Below, piece by piece: positions 9,626-17,892 of a stretch of DNA of 64,000 bases. Numbering within the stretch: the stretch's first letter is position 1; the number at the start of each line of letters is the position of its first letter. The DNA comes from a virus (Duplodnaviria > Caudoviricetes). The stretch covers positions 21,695 through 85,694 of the IMG/VR virus record IMGVR_UViG_3300011858_000030; one strand, given 5' to 3'. A program made the position numbers and the translations under genes. The notes beneath the pieces are model-generated. The model was not told the DNA's origin, did not search any database, and saw nothing but the letters and a program-made list of their open reading frames with translations.

Positions 9626-10254
9626 TTCCTGTAATACTCGTTTATTGCCTGCAGCCTGCTCTCAATGAGCTGGCACCATGCGCCGTATTCCGCTGAAAAC
9701 GCCACTATACCCCTGGGGGAGAGTCCGCCACCGGAGCCTGTGGCCTGGCCGGAATGACCAGAAGTGCCGCTGGCGGTGGCTGGCAGATACTGACCAGCGG
9801 GGAGACCTTCGGCTCCGGGGTAGCCGAAGGCTTCGCGGAAGAGCTGCAGGCCGCCAGGACCAATGCCGGTATAACCAGGACCATCTTTATCAAGTGCATC
9901 GTCAAGCCTCTTTTTAAGATCGCGAACAGTCTCATCATGTTTCTTTTGCTTTTCAGCCAGCTCGCGCGTCAGCGCATCCGCTTTCTGCTGCCAGGCGTTC
10001 TGCTTATCAAGAGCAGCCTTCAGGTCAGCTGCATACTGATTCGCAGCGCTGAGACGCTCCTGATCCCACTGCCGTTCTTTTTCACTGAAACCATCAGTCA
10101 GGCGTTGCTTCTCCTGGCTGAAGGCCAGCGCCTGAGCGTCCAGCTTGTTGCCTGTGATGAAGGTGCCGAACCATATCCCGCAGCCTGTCAGCACCACGAC
10201 GACGAGCAGCGGTTTCCAGCTAACCTTCAGGATTTTCAGGGCTGCTTCCCACAT
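9622..10254 (-). CDS. Inner-membrane spanin (Rz-like)
   Basis: N-terminal TM (KPLLVVVVLTGCGIWFG), periplasmic coiled coil, embedded lipoprotein gene. Confidence 0.8.
   Translation of the reverse strand: MWEAALKILKVSWKPLLVVVVLTGCGIWFGTFITGNKLDAQALAFSQEKQRLTDGFSEKERQWDQERLSAANQYAADLKAALDKQNAWQQKADALTRELAEKQKKHDETVRDLKKRLDDALDKDGPGYTGIGPGGLQLFREAFGYPGAEGLPAGQYLPATASGTSGHSGQATGSGGGLSPRGIVAFSAEYGAWCQLIESRLQAINEYYRK
9705..9899 (-). CDS. Outer-membrane spanin lipoprotein (Rz1-like), embedded in the i-spanin gene
   Basis: MHLIKMVLVIPALVLAAC lipobox and Pro-rich CQPPP in an alternate frame. Confidence 0.8.
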   Translation of the reverse strand: MHLIKMVLVIPALVLAACSSSAKPSATPEPKVSPLVSICQPPPAALLVIPARPQAPVADSPPGV

Positions 10255-10483
10255 CGCGCACCTCTCTGGCTCGTTTGATGGACATGTGTTTTGATGCCTG
10301 GCTCTGTGCCACCCATGCGCCCAGATAGGTGAGATACAGCTCACCAGGTGTTTCTGGACGGGTAACGGTGAGCCAGACCAGCACGAAGGAACTGACCAGA
10401 AAGGCCAGAAAAACGATGGTGTCTGACGTTGAGAGACGACCGGTGGCCGGGTTCGTCACCAGATCGCGCAGAGAGATCGTCAT
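10220..10483 (-). CDS. Putative holin (DUF2644-like)
   Basis: DLVTNPATGRLS motif, two hydrophobic segments, between endolysin and spanin. Confidence 0.7.
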   Translation of the reverse strand: MTISLRDLVTNPATGRLSTSDTIVFLAFLVSSFVLVWLTVTRPETPGELYLTYLGAWVAQSQASKHMSIKRAREVRDVGSSPENPEG

Positions 10484-11124
10484 AGTGCCGCCTTGGCGAC
10501 ATTCAGCCGCGCCACGCGGTCGGCCTGACCTTCAGCCGGAGGGTTGATACGGCGGGTGACAGCCAGAAAATCGCCTTTGTCCGCCAGCTCATTGCAGCCA
10601 TTAGCCTTCCAGTACCAGGCCGCGCTGCGGGCTGCGTTGAGATACTCCAGTAACAAATCGGGATTAGCGATGAGATCGAGACCCAGCGCCTTACCACAAA
10701 GCAGGTAATTATTGCGCAGGGTAATCTGAATCAGGCCACGCCCGCGAAAGCGCCAGCCATCGCCTGATGCTTCATTACCGTTACCACCCTGATTTGCGTA
10801 AACATAATTCGCCATTTTTTCAGGGTTACGGGTATAGCGGCGGGCAAATTCAATCTCGCTGGGCTCAATAATACGATTCTTATTGAGATCGAAGTCGCTG
10901 CGGAAAATACGCGCCACGCGCTCAGCATCTGAATAATAGAGATTTTCACTGAGCCGACTGAAGCCCGCGCTCTCGTGGCCGGTTTGAGCAATAAAGGCGG
11001 CAAGCCGGGCTGGTGTATTAATCTGGAATTCAGCGGTGGCTTTACTGAATGGTTCAAACCAGCGTTGCGCCATCACTGGCGAAAGGCCCGCTGCTCGCTG
11101 AAATTGTGGGAGTGTTAAAAGCAT
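10480..11124 (-). CDS. Endolysin, glycoside hydrolase family 19
   Basis: AAFIAQTGHES and FRGRGLIQIT..NY motifs. Confidence 0.92.
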   Translation of the reverse strand: MLLTLPQFQRAAGLSPVMAQRWFEPFSKATAEFQINTPARLAAFIAQTGHESAGFSRLSENLYYSDAERVARIFRSDFDLNKNRIIEPSEIEFARRYTRNPEKMANYVYANQGGNGNEASGDGWRFRGRGLIQITLRNNYLLCGKALGLDLIANPDLLLEYLNAARSAAWYWKANGCNELADKGDFLAVTRRINPPAEGQADRVARLNVAKAAL

Positions 11125-11125
11125 A

Positions 11126-11201
11126 ACGCCATCCGGTTAAAAAGGGATGGCGTCAGTATTTCATCGGGTTAGGTGAATAATCAGGTGAAGGGGTTCAGTG
11201 G
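11126..11201 (-). promoter_or_regulatory. Putative late promoter of the lysis operon (Plys-like) with an RBS-masking hairpin
   Basis: Second copy of the 21-bp box (11181-11201); AATACT 20 nt downstream; 9-bp perfect stem at 11126-11153 next to the ATG. Confidence 0.7.
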
Positions 11202-11202
11202 C

Positions 11203-11709
11203 TTATTGACTAACATCAATTATCTCTACATCGTCACTTTCTTCAATATGCGCAGGAGGTGGGTTGTTAATTGCAAATTTACATTCCTTACCCTGTTTTA
11301 TGTATGATTCACCCTGCGCATTCACAGCCTTAACATTATCAGTTTTTAATGAAGATAGCCTTGATATCCAATATGAGTAAGCTGCTGCTGGTAACGTAGC
11401 GCAAGAGCTAAAAGGTGTAGGGTTTAAAAGAAGATTCTCCCCATACAATTTTTTCGCATCCTCATCAAGGAGGAGGAAATGACGACTCACTGCAACAACT
11501 TCAGGTGTAAGATATCCCAGACTCTTGTACATATCAAAAACAGCAGTTGCACCCATTAAAGTGCTCAGCGTTTCATTAAATATTCTCTTAGTTTCCTCAA
11601 GTTGATTTTTATAAGTCTCAACTGCTTTTGTATTGGGTACTGTTTTTGCTACTGCAGTAGTACTAAATACCACCAAGAAAAATGCCACATATCTCATTGC
11701 ATTGCCCAT
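11203..11709 (-). CDS. AT-rich exported hypothetical protein (moron)
   Basis: Signal peptide MRYVAFFLVVFSTTAVA, two Cys; start overlaps the activator stop (TAATG). Confidence 0.8.
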   Translation of the reverse strand: MGNAMRYVAFFLVVFSTTAVAKTVPNTKAVETYKNQLEETKRIFNETLSTLMGATAVFDMYKSLGYLTPEVVAVSRHFLLLDEDAKKLYGENLLLNPTPFSSCATLPAAAYSYWISRLSSLKTDNVKAVNAQGESYIKQGKECKFAINNPPPAHIEESDDVEIIDVSQ

Positions 11710-12143
11710 TAGAATAATTTTCCTTGACTGTTACAATCTTTGTTTTTCTGCTGTGCAAGAAGTTCCCACGCAAAGCGATCACTAAAACCATACTTAGGGC
11801 AAAGAAAGGTCATGGCCATAAGAGAGGATGAACCTTGTCCACGCACTTCGGCGAACTCGGCTAGAAAGCGACGGTTACGTAATTCACGAAGGGCACGATC
11901 ACAGCGGGGTAAATAGAGAACTTCGCCGCCAAAATTCTTGATGAGTAATTGGGTTTTCTCATCGCCGATAGTATCGCGCAGGAGGGCTGCGCGGCTGGCC
12001 CCCATAGCGCGGAGGCCTTTACCTATCGGGAACGTGGTGCCACCAAAAGCAGAAAGAAGCTGCTCGGTCGCCGGGAAGCCTATCAGGTCAGCTATTTGTA
12101 TCACTGCTGATGGCAGCAGCTCCGTTACCTGTTCCAGATTCAT
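11709..12143 (-). CDS. Mor/C-family transcriptional activator
   Basis: IADLIGFPAT..L..FGG and GGEVLYLPR motifs plus C-terminal HTH. Confidence 0.9.
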   Translation of the reverse strand: MNLEQVTELLPSAVIQIADLIGFPATEQLLSAFGGTTFPIGKGLRAMGASRAALLRDTIGDEKTQLLIKNFGGEVLYLPRCDRALRELRNRRFLAEFAEVRGQGSSSLMAMTFLCPKYGFSDRFAWELLAQQKNKDCNSQGKLF

Positions 12144-12564
12144 TATTACGCTCCCGCTTTTTTCGCCGACTCGCATCAATGCTGAGAGCCTGCATGAGTT
12201 TGGTTAACTGTTCTGTCGTCAACCACTCGATGTATTTGACGTGGAACATATGATCGCACATTTTCTCGGCATAATTCCACGGACGTTTTGCATCTGCAAG
12301 TAATGCATGAATTTTAGCAAGAATTGACTCGCGCGTATTGGCAACCTTTGGACGTCGACCGTGCTTTACCGAGTAGCGAGGAAAGCCCTTATCATGCATA
12401 TATTCCCTGACAGCCTGCAGTTCGTCGAGAGTGCATTTAGTGGATGATGTTTTACCGTTGCATAAGCGAGACAGGACACTACGGTAGGTTACATCATCCC
12501 ACCCAAGATATGCCTGACCGGCTTTAATTGCCCCTATAAGACCTCGTTTTGCTGGCGTGGACAT
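12088..12564 (-). CDS. GemA/gp16 family protein (DUF1018)
   Basis: LGWDDVTYRSVL...KTSS...LDELQAV and YAEKMC motifs; adjacent to mor as in Mu. Confidence 0.88.
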   Translation of the reverse strand: MSTPAKRGLIGAIKAGQAYLGWDDVTYRSVLSRLCNGKTSSTKCTLDELQAVREYMHDKGFPRYSVKHGRRPKVANTRESILAKIHALLADAKRPWNYAEKMCDHMFHVKYIEWLTTEQLTKLMQALSIDASRRKKRERNNESGTGNGAAAISSDTNS

Positions 12565-12625
12565 AATATTTCTCCTGTTGGTTGCCATTATCGCAGGCAC
12601 TTTGTGAAGTGCCTGCTGTAATGAC

Positions 12626-12841
12626 TTACTTTAAAGGTTCCATTTTGCTGACGGATATACCACCGATTTTCCCTTCAACCCTGACAACCAGACGACCATT
12701 GCGCATATGCCAGGCTTCTGAGCGGGTTATTACGGTCTCCCGTTCGGGCATACCTGGTGTCGGGTGATACAGGAAACTGGAGCCGACAGGAAAACGCTGG
12801 TTAAATGTCTTCGCCGTCAGGTTTCTGAGCAGACTTTTCAT
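12626..12841 (-). CDS. Hypothetical protein, paralog of 15418-15609
   Basis: AKTFNQRFPVGSSFLYHP. Confidence 0.7.
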   Translation of the reverse strand: MKSLLRNLTAKTFNQRFPVGSSFLYHPTPGMPERETVITRSEAWHMRNGRLVVRVEGKIGGISVSKMEPLK

Positions 12842-13022
12842 CGTTCTCCTCCATATGTGCATCGGTTGCAATAATGCTTAATGGCCATAAGAGAAATGCG
12901 AACCAGCAATTCTGGCAGGATAAATTAGCCAATCCCACCAATCGGACCAGGATGCATGCCCAACACCAGCCAAGTGTCAAATACATCGCCAGAAATATGA
13001 GGATGAAAGCTATATCCATCAC
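12801..13022 (-). CDS. Small membrane protein
   Basis: Two hydrophobic segments; coupled within the early operon. Confidence 0.65.
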   Translation of the reverse strand: MMDIAFILIFLAMYLTLGWCWACILVRLVGLANLSCQNCWFAFLLWPLSIIATDAHMEENDEKSAQKPDGEDI

Positions 13023-13234
13023 TGTATTCCCCGAAGTTTCTTGAAAGACTCAATCGCCTTTCTCATATCAGCCTGAATCCCCTTATTAAGAACGTTGCGG
13101 TTACTCGCGTCGTAATAGTTGAACCGCAACTTAAGAGGAACCGACAACAACTCAACAACCTGGCTGTTATCACGGAAGAACCAGACACGGCGGTTGCCGT
13201 TATCCTGGAACTGGCAACCCGTTACGCTATGCAT
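13019..13234 (-). CDS. Hypothetical protein, 71 aa
   Basis: ATGA-type overlaps with both neighbours. Confidence 0.7.
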   Translation of the reverse strand: MHSVTGCQFQDNGNRRVWFFRDNSQVVELLSVPLKLRFNYYDASNRNVLNKGIQADMRKAIESFKKLRGIQ

Positions 13235-13601
13235 AACTCACCTCCGTTAATGGGTGACGTTTACGGTGGATCGCAATCGACACGCTTTCCCAGTCCTGGT
13301 AAAGAAACAACAGACCAAGCTCACAGGCGCGATCAAACTCCCTGGTTGCGCCTGTGCTCTTTTCCCAGCCGTTCAGGAGGAAAACAGCATCAGCCTGCTC
13401 AAGCATGGACAATGTAATTTGCAGGTACTGCTCATGCTGCAGGCCGTCAGGAAGAATGGCCGGATTGAGGACGGTGAAGCCGCGCTCTTCCAGGATGCGA
13501 GCCTCAGCGTTGAATTCATCGCGGTTAAAGTTGTGATACCCGGTCATTGGACCTGCAATGAAAACCACCGGCTTACGCTCAGAATGTTTGTTTAAATTCA
13601 T
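13227..13601 (-). CDS. DUF4406 family protein (nucleoside deoxyribosyltransferase-like fold)
   Basis: VFIAGPMTG, VLNPA and GWEKSTGATRE motifs. Confidence 0.85.
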   Translation of the reverse strand: MNLNKHSERKPVVFIAGPMTGYHNFNRDEFNAEARILEERGFTVLNPAILPDGLQHEQYLQITLSMLEQADAVFLLNGWEKSTGATREFDRACELGLLFLYQDWESVSIAIHRKRHPLTEVSYA

Positions 13602-13771
13602 CAGAGATACCTCACATGATTTTTCCAGCGGTTCTGTGCAGCGCTGCGTTTCTTCTTGTCGCACCACTCGTTGCCAGACTGGGGTATCGTTGCCGGCCAT
13701 CCTGTCATCGCTTTACGGTTACTGAATTTGAAAGGCATGCGCAGCAGTCTTCTTGCTTTGCGGTTTGTCAT
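13601..13771 (-). CDS. Small basic protein, 56 aa (MTNRKARRLL...), not in the ORF track
   Basis: Read by eye; overlaps both neighbours; similar to 60102-60326. Confidence 0.7.
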   Translation of the reverse strand: MTNRKARRLLRMPFKFSNRKAMTGWPATIPQSGNEWCDKKKRSAAQNRWKNHVRYL

Positions 13772-14028
13772 TTGGCAGCCTCCTCAGAGCGAAACATCAT
13801 GATTGTCAGAGCGCCCTTTGTGGCAAGACGAACGGTTGTACCAGGCTCAATGCTCTGCAGTTCGAAAGCGTCGTATAACTCATCAATAGCCTTCTGACGA
13901 CGTGATGACTTGCGGTGTTTATCCCACGATTTCAGAACAGCAGAGGTAAACCACTTACCGGTCTGGACCATGATGAATAGCCAACCCATGAAGGCGAGCC
14001 CGGTATTCAAAATTTCGGTGATTGTCAT
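13768..14028 (-). CDS. DUF4752 family protein
   Basis: LNTGLAFMGW...ELQSIEPGTTVRLATKG motif. Confidence 0.75.
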   Translation of the reverse strand: MTITEILNTGLAFMGWLFIMVQTGKWFTSAVLKSWDKHRKSSRRQKAIDELYDAFELQSIEPGTTVRLATKGALTIMMFRSEEAAK

Positions 14029-14032
14029 TTCT

Positions 14033-14278
14033 CTATTCATCTCCCTGGTCGAACAAGATTCGCGAGTAACCCGCATTGGTAGATACTTCCAGCCATCCAT
14101 CACACCGTTCACCGGTTCTGAGATTTATCACGCGAGAATGCTGGTATTGAGAGCCTCGGATATCTTCCAGTTCATCATCGCTGAAAAACATCGGCTCTCC
14201 GCAGTGAGGGCAGTAGCATCCGTAATCACCATCAGCGCGCCCAATTTTGTTAACTATGAGAATTTCGTTGGTAGCCAT
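14033..14278 (-). CDS. Zn-ribbon hypothetical protein
   Basis: CPHCGE plus a distal Cys. Confidence 0.65.
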   Translation of the reverse strand: MATNEILIVNKIGRADGDYGCYCPHCGEPMFFSDDELEDIRGSQYQHSRVINLRTGERCDGWLEVSTNAGYSRILFDQGDE

Positions 14279-14282
14279 GTCA

Positions 14283-14621
14283 CTATCCTTTACCGGCAAC
14301 GCGTTCTGCGTCATACAGCCATGCATCAATCGGATTCAATGAGTTTTCGATTGGTGCCCCTCCTGATTGATACATCAGCTGCCTTGCACGTAAAAACAGC
14401 TCGTTCACAGCTTCCAGCTCATCCAGCTGCGCCAGCACATTAGGGTCACAAACATCAACAACCGTTAGCGCGTTGGCACGAGCAAACTGGACATCAAGCG
14501 CTGTAGCCAGATTGCGAACCAGCGCGGCAGACTCAGCGCAATGTAGTTCTTTCGCCAGCGCATGCCCGGCTGCTACGAGTTCTTTGACTGGCGTAGTTTC
14601 CAGTTGAGGCGAGGTTTTCAT
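14283..14621 (-). CDS. Ead/Ea22-like hypothetical protein
   Basis: VKELVAAGHALA..LVRNLATALDV helical motif; ATGA overlap. Confidence 0.6.
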   Translation of the reverse strand: MKTSPQLETTPVKELVAAGHALAKELHCAESAALVRNLATALDVQFARANALTVVDVCDPNVLAQLDELEAVNELFLRARQLMYQSGGAPIENSLNPIDAWLYDAERVAGKG

Positions 14622-15337
14622 TTTGTCACTCCGATCTGTTCGCATTTATTAGCTGAACTGCTTACCGCGTGATGTAGCTGCGCATTACGTCCAGCCAGAT
14701 ATCCCTCGCTTTCCGCCTTATCCGTTCCTCTGGCTTTGCCGGGTTTGCGCGGTTCCAGCCTTTTCATGCCTTCGCTTAATTTCCTGCTGCGGTAGCACTC
14801 CATCAGAGTTGTCTCCGCCTCCGTGACGGCGAAATCACTGACAACGGCATAAGCACCGTTGACCCATGCGGAGCAGAAGGTATCGGCGCGGGCAACTTTT
14901 GTGGCCTGTTTGATGTTCTTGCGTAATGTGGATAGGTAATCACGGCGGGCTTTCACCAGTTGCTTACCCAGAACTTCGAATGAGTATGCCGCTATCTGAG
15001 GGCGTTCGTCGGGGCCGTAATAGTGTATGGTGCGTTTTGCTGGCTTGCCCCACTGCTCAGTGCCATGGCTGGTGTAAAACTTCACGCCAAAAACGCGGGC
15101 GACCATCTCTGCCAGTATTGCCATATATTCCGGCATCTTCTCAGCATGAGAGGGGGCCTTCTGGGTAGAAGCTTCATTGATATCAATCAAATCAGCATCA
15201 GCCTCAGTCAGCTTGTGGGTTTCTATCAGACGCTGAGCACGGCGCAGGGCAAGTGCAGCTTCTTCAGCGCTGGAGTTATTACGCGCCATCGCGAGCAGCT
15301 TTTTAATTCTCTGGATATATTTCTCTTTATTTTCCAT
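14618..15337 (-). CDS. DUF2786 domain protein
   Basis: RIKKLLAMA...EEAALALRRAQRLI N-terminus. Confidence 0.85.
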   Translation of the reverse strand: MENKEKYIQRIKKLLAMARNNSSAEEAALALRRAQRLIETHKLTEADADLIDINEASTQKAPSHAEKMPEYMAILAEMVARVFGVKFYTSHGTEQWGKPAKRTIHYYGPDERPQIAAYSFEVLGKQLVKARRDYLSTLRKNIKQATKVARADTFCSAWVNGAYAVVSDFAVTEAETTLMECYRSRKLSEGMKRLEPRKPGKARGTDKAESEGYLAGRNAQLHHAVSSSANKCEQIGVTK

Positions 15338-15417
15338 TGTTCAACTCCTGGATTTGGCGTAAGCCAGCCCCTGCGGGTTTACGCCATTTTTAAAAGTGAT
15401 TTAAATTAAGGTTAAAA

Positions 15418-15609
15418 TCAGTTCACGGGTTTAAGCGATTTAATATTCGCGAAATAAGGCTCCTGATTTATTTCCACGACCGTGACCTTATAAAGGTCAT
15501 TTGCCACATCTACCGTTCTGACTACACGGCCACCGCGTAAACCTGTGGCTGGCTGATAGATAAATGAACTGCCTTTAGGGTAAAGGGCATTGAATTCTTT
15601 AGCTTTCAT
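15418..15609 (-). CDS. Hypothetical protein, paralog of 12626-12841
   Basis: AKEFNALYPKGSSFIYQP. Confidence 0.7.
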   Translation of the reverse strand: MKAKEFNALYPKGSSFIYQPATGLRGGRVVRTVDVANDLYKVTVVEINQEPYFANIKSLKPVN

Positions 15610-15832
15610 CTGGAACACCCCAGCCACGATGTGCGGCATGACGACAGAACTCCATACGCGAAGCCGCATAAATAGAGTTCACCTCCATTTTTGCCAGACT
15701 GAATGCCTGTTTCCATGAATCCGCCGCCCGCTGAAACTCGCCGTTCTGTTCGGCAATGACAGCGCTGGTTGCATACGACATGAAAGGGCTGCATGGTTTG
15801 TCCGATTTAGCACGATCAAACAGAATGGCCAT
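15599..15832 (-). CDS. ANR-family small phage protein
   Basis: AVIAEQNGEFQRAADSWKQA...SRMEFC motif. Confidence 0.7.
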   Translation of the reverse strand: MAILFDRAKSDKPCSPFMSYATSAVIAEQNGEFQRAADSWKQAFSLAKMEVNSIYAASRMEFCRHAAHRGWGVPDES

Positions 15833-15833
15833 C

Positions 15834-16478
15834 TCACACCCCCACGCCAGCGATATCGAGAGGGATGGCGCGATACTGATCGCTTTCACCAACGCGCTCA
15901 TAAACACGGATATAAGAACGGCTGCCGACAACCTGAACAGCCTCGCCGATGGCCTCCATCGCCTTAACCCAGCGAGCGTCTGTAATATCGAGGCGGCGCA
16001 ATGCCAGAACCGCGCCGGTATTCACTTCACCTTCTTTTTCCGTCTGGAATGCACGGGTGATGATGGCGCGAATCTCCGGGCGGGCATTCTCGGTCCAGTC
16101 TGCCAGACATTCATCAATCAGTGATTTAGCAGCCTGCAGGCGCTCGTCAAATGCGATACGGTCCTGCATGGCACGCTGAACCTTATAGCGGCCATCATAG
16201 CTGTAGAGCGTGACGTTACCTTTTTTGCCACCCAGGCTGACGCCGTACTGACTGGCGGAGATATCAACGAAAGCTCCGATATCGGAAAAGCCGCTAAGCT
16301 TGAACTCTGCCAGTGCAGCACTCAGGGCTGTCGCTTTTTCGACGATGCTACGCACCAGATCGTCACGCATCTGGTCGGTATCTTTAATCAGACTGACAGG
16401 GGTCAGTACGCCCTTGGCGTCAATCCAGTAACCCTCTGGCGCTGTTTTTTCAGTGAATTGCTTGTTTTCAGTGGACAT
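15834..16478 (-). CDS. DUF3164 family (Gam-like position)
   Basis: GYWIDAKGVL, GGKKGNVTLYSYDG and SYIRVYER motifs. Confidence 0.85.
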   Translation of the reverse strand: MSTENKQFTEKTAPEGYWIDAKGVLTPVSLIKDTDQMRDDLVRSIVEKATALSAALAEFKLSGFSDIGAFVDISASQYGVSLGGKKGNVTLYSYDGRYKVQRAMQDRIAFDERLQAAKSLIDECLADWTENARPEIRAIITRAFQTEKEGEVNTGAVLALRRLDITDARWVKAMEAIGEAVQVVGSRSYIRVYERVGESDQYRAIPLDIAGVGV

Positions 16479-16674
16479 TTTTACTCTCCTTAAATTGACG
16501 CGTTACTTTCTTAACGGCTTCGTTAACCTTTGCCAGCACATGACCAGCCAGACCTTTACCCACTTTGTCAGCCACTTTGCTGATGATATCGCTGTCGCCG
16601 TCATCAGGGATAACCCTGCAACCGACTTCAAAACCGCGAGATTTGTCCTTTATTTCAATAACAATCTTTGCCAT
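16468..16674 (-). CDS. Hypothetical protein, 68 aa
   Basis: Coupled ORF in the early operon. Confidence 0.7.
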   Translation of the reverse strand: MAKIVIEIKDKSRGFEVGCRVIPDDGDSDIISKVADKVGKGLAGHVLAKVNEAVKKVTRQFKESKNVH

Positions 16675-16686
16675 ATATCCCTCTGC

Positions 16687-16977
16687 TTAATGAAGTGATT
16701 CAGACCAGACCACCCGACACCCGCTTTCATCCTGATAGACGCCCTGGCGAAAGCGCCCGTGGCGGTCATTGCCGGTAATATCAAATCGCGCCAGACCTTC
16801 TTTTTTCATCCGCTCGCACCATGCATGGCGCACGATACGAATGACCGGTTGTGTGTTGCGCAGGGATACGCTTTTCACCTGAACTCCCTGTGCTGACAGA
16901 AATAAAATCAGCGTTTCTGCCCGGATCAACGCAGAGATAACGCCTGCGTTGTCGGTATTTCCTGATGTTCTGGTCAT
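16687..16977 (-). CDS. Hypothetical protein, 96 aa
   Basis: Start at MTRTSG after a GAGGA RBS; follows MuB. Confidence 0.7.
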   Translation of the reverse strand: MTRTSGNTDNAGVISALIRAETLILFLSAQGVQVKSVSLRNTQPVIRIVRHAWCERMKKEGLARFDITGNDRHGRFRQGVYQDESGCRVVWSESLH

Positions 16978-16987
16978 GGTTAAATCC

Positions 16988-17881
16988 TCAGTTAATGAGC
17001 ATTTCTGCGAACTTGCGGACAGCGCCAGCGCTGACTGCATGGCCACTGATATCGCTGTGACGGCTGACACCGCGCACCAGTTTGAAAAGACGTCTGGCGT
17101 TGCCGTTGCTCGCCCGGAATAGCGCCTCAGATACGTCAGGGTTCTCAGCATCCGGCAGCATACTGATCGCGATATCGCTGATATCAGCCTGCGGCAGGGA
17201 TTCGCCGATGTTGAGCGCCAGACCCACGCGGCTGAAAAGCTGCTGATATTCACCGCGCTTGCCTTTCAGGTTGATAATGAGGCGAGGCATCCCCGCCAGA
17301 ACGACACCGATACCGGCTTTGTCATGGATGCGACGCAGTGTTTCCAGCGCACGGTATGGAAGGTTCTCCGCCTCATCGACCATAAGGAGGCGACCAGAAT
17401 CACGCAGGGCAGCAATGCAGGCTTCGCTGAGTTCATGCATATTGCCGCGTTTGCTGAGGCCAAGCAGTCCACAAAGCTCTTCGAGCACAACACGGGCGGT
17501 ATAACCGGGGTCGGCCTCTATCAGCAGCGCATCACGATGTCTGGACGCGTATTCGCGCAAAATCATGGTTTTACCCAGGCCAGCAGCACCATAGAGAACG
17601 TTGATCTCCCCATCCAGGTGCGCCAGGCGAATGACCTCAATCCCCTTGCGGGAGGTCACTGTGGGGATATAGCGCGGCGTGATGCGACGCGATTTTTCCT
17701 TGTCGGCTTCGCGGGCAATGAAGCTGCGGGCCAGTTCGTCGATGCTTCCCACATCCCCCTGATATTTTCCCTGCAGGTACTGATTAACCACTGCCGGGCT
17801 TTTACCAAAAGCGCGGGCTACCTGTGTCTGGCTGTAACCCTTGCGGGACATAAGTTCATTCAGTTCTGTTTGTAGGCTCAT
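16988..17881 (-). CDS. Transposition ATPase (MuB-like) with N-terminal HTH
   Basis: GAAGLGKT Walker A and LLMVDEAE Walker B. Confidence 0.95.
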   Translation of the reverse strand: MSLQTELNELMSRKGYSQTQVARAFGKSPAVVNQYLQGKYQGDVGSIDELARSFIAREADKEKSRRITPRYIPTVTSRKGIEVIRLAHLDGEINVLYGAAGLGKTMILREYASRHRDALLIEADPGYTARVVLEELCGLLGLSKRGNMHELSEACIAALRDSGRLLMVDEAENLPYRALETLRRIHDKAGIGVVLAGMPRLIINLKGKRGEYQQLFSRVGLALNIGESLPQADISDIAISMLPDAENPDVSEALFRASNGNARRLFKLVRGVSRHSDISGHAVSAGAVRKFAEMLIN

Positions 17882-17892
17882 ATGTCTCTCAC

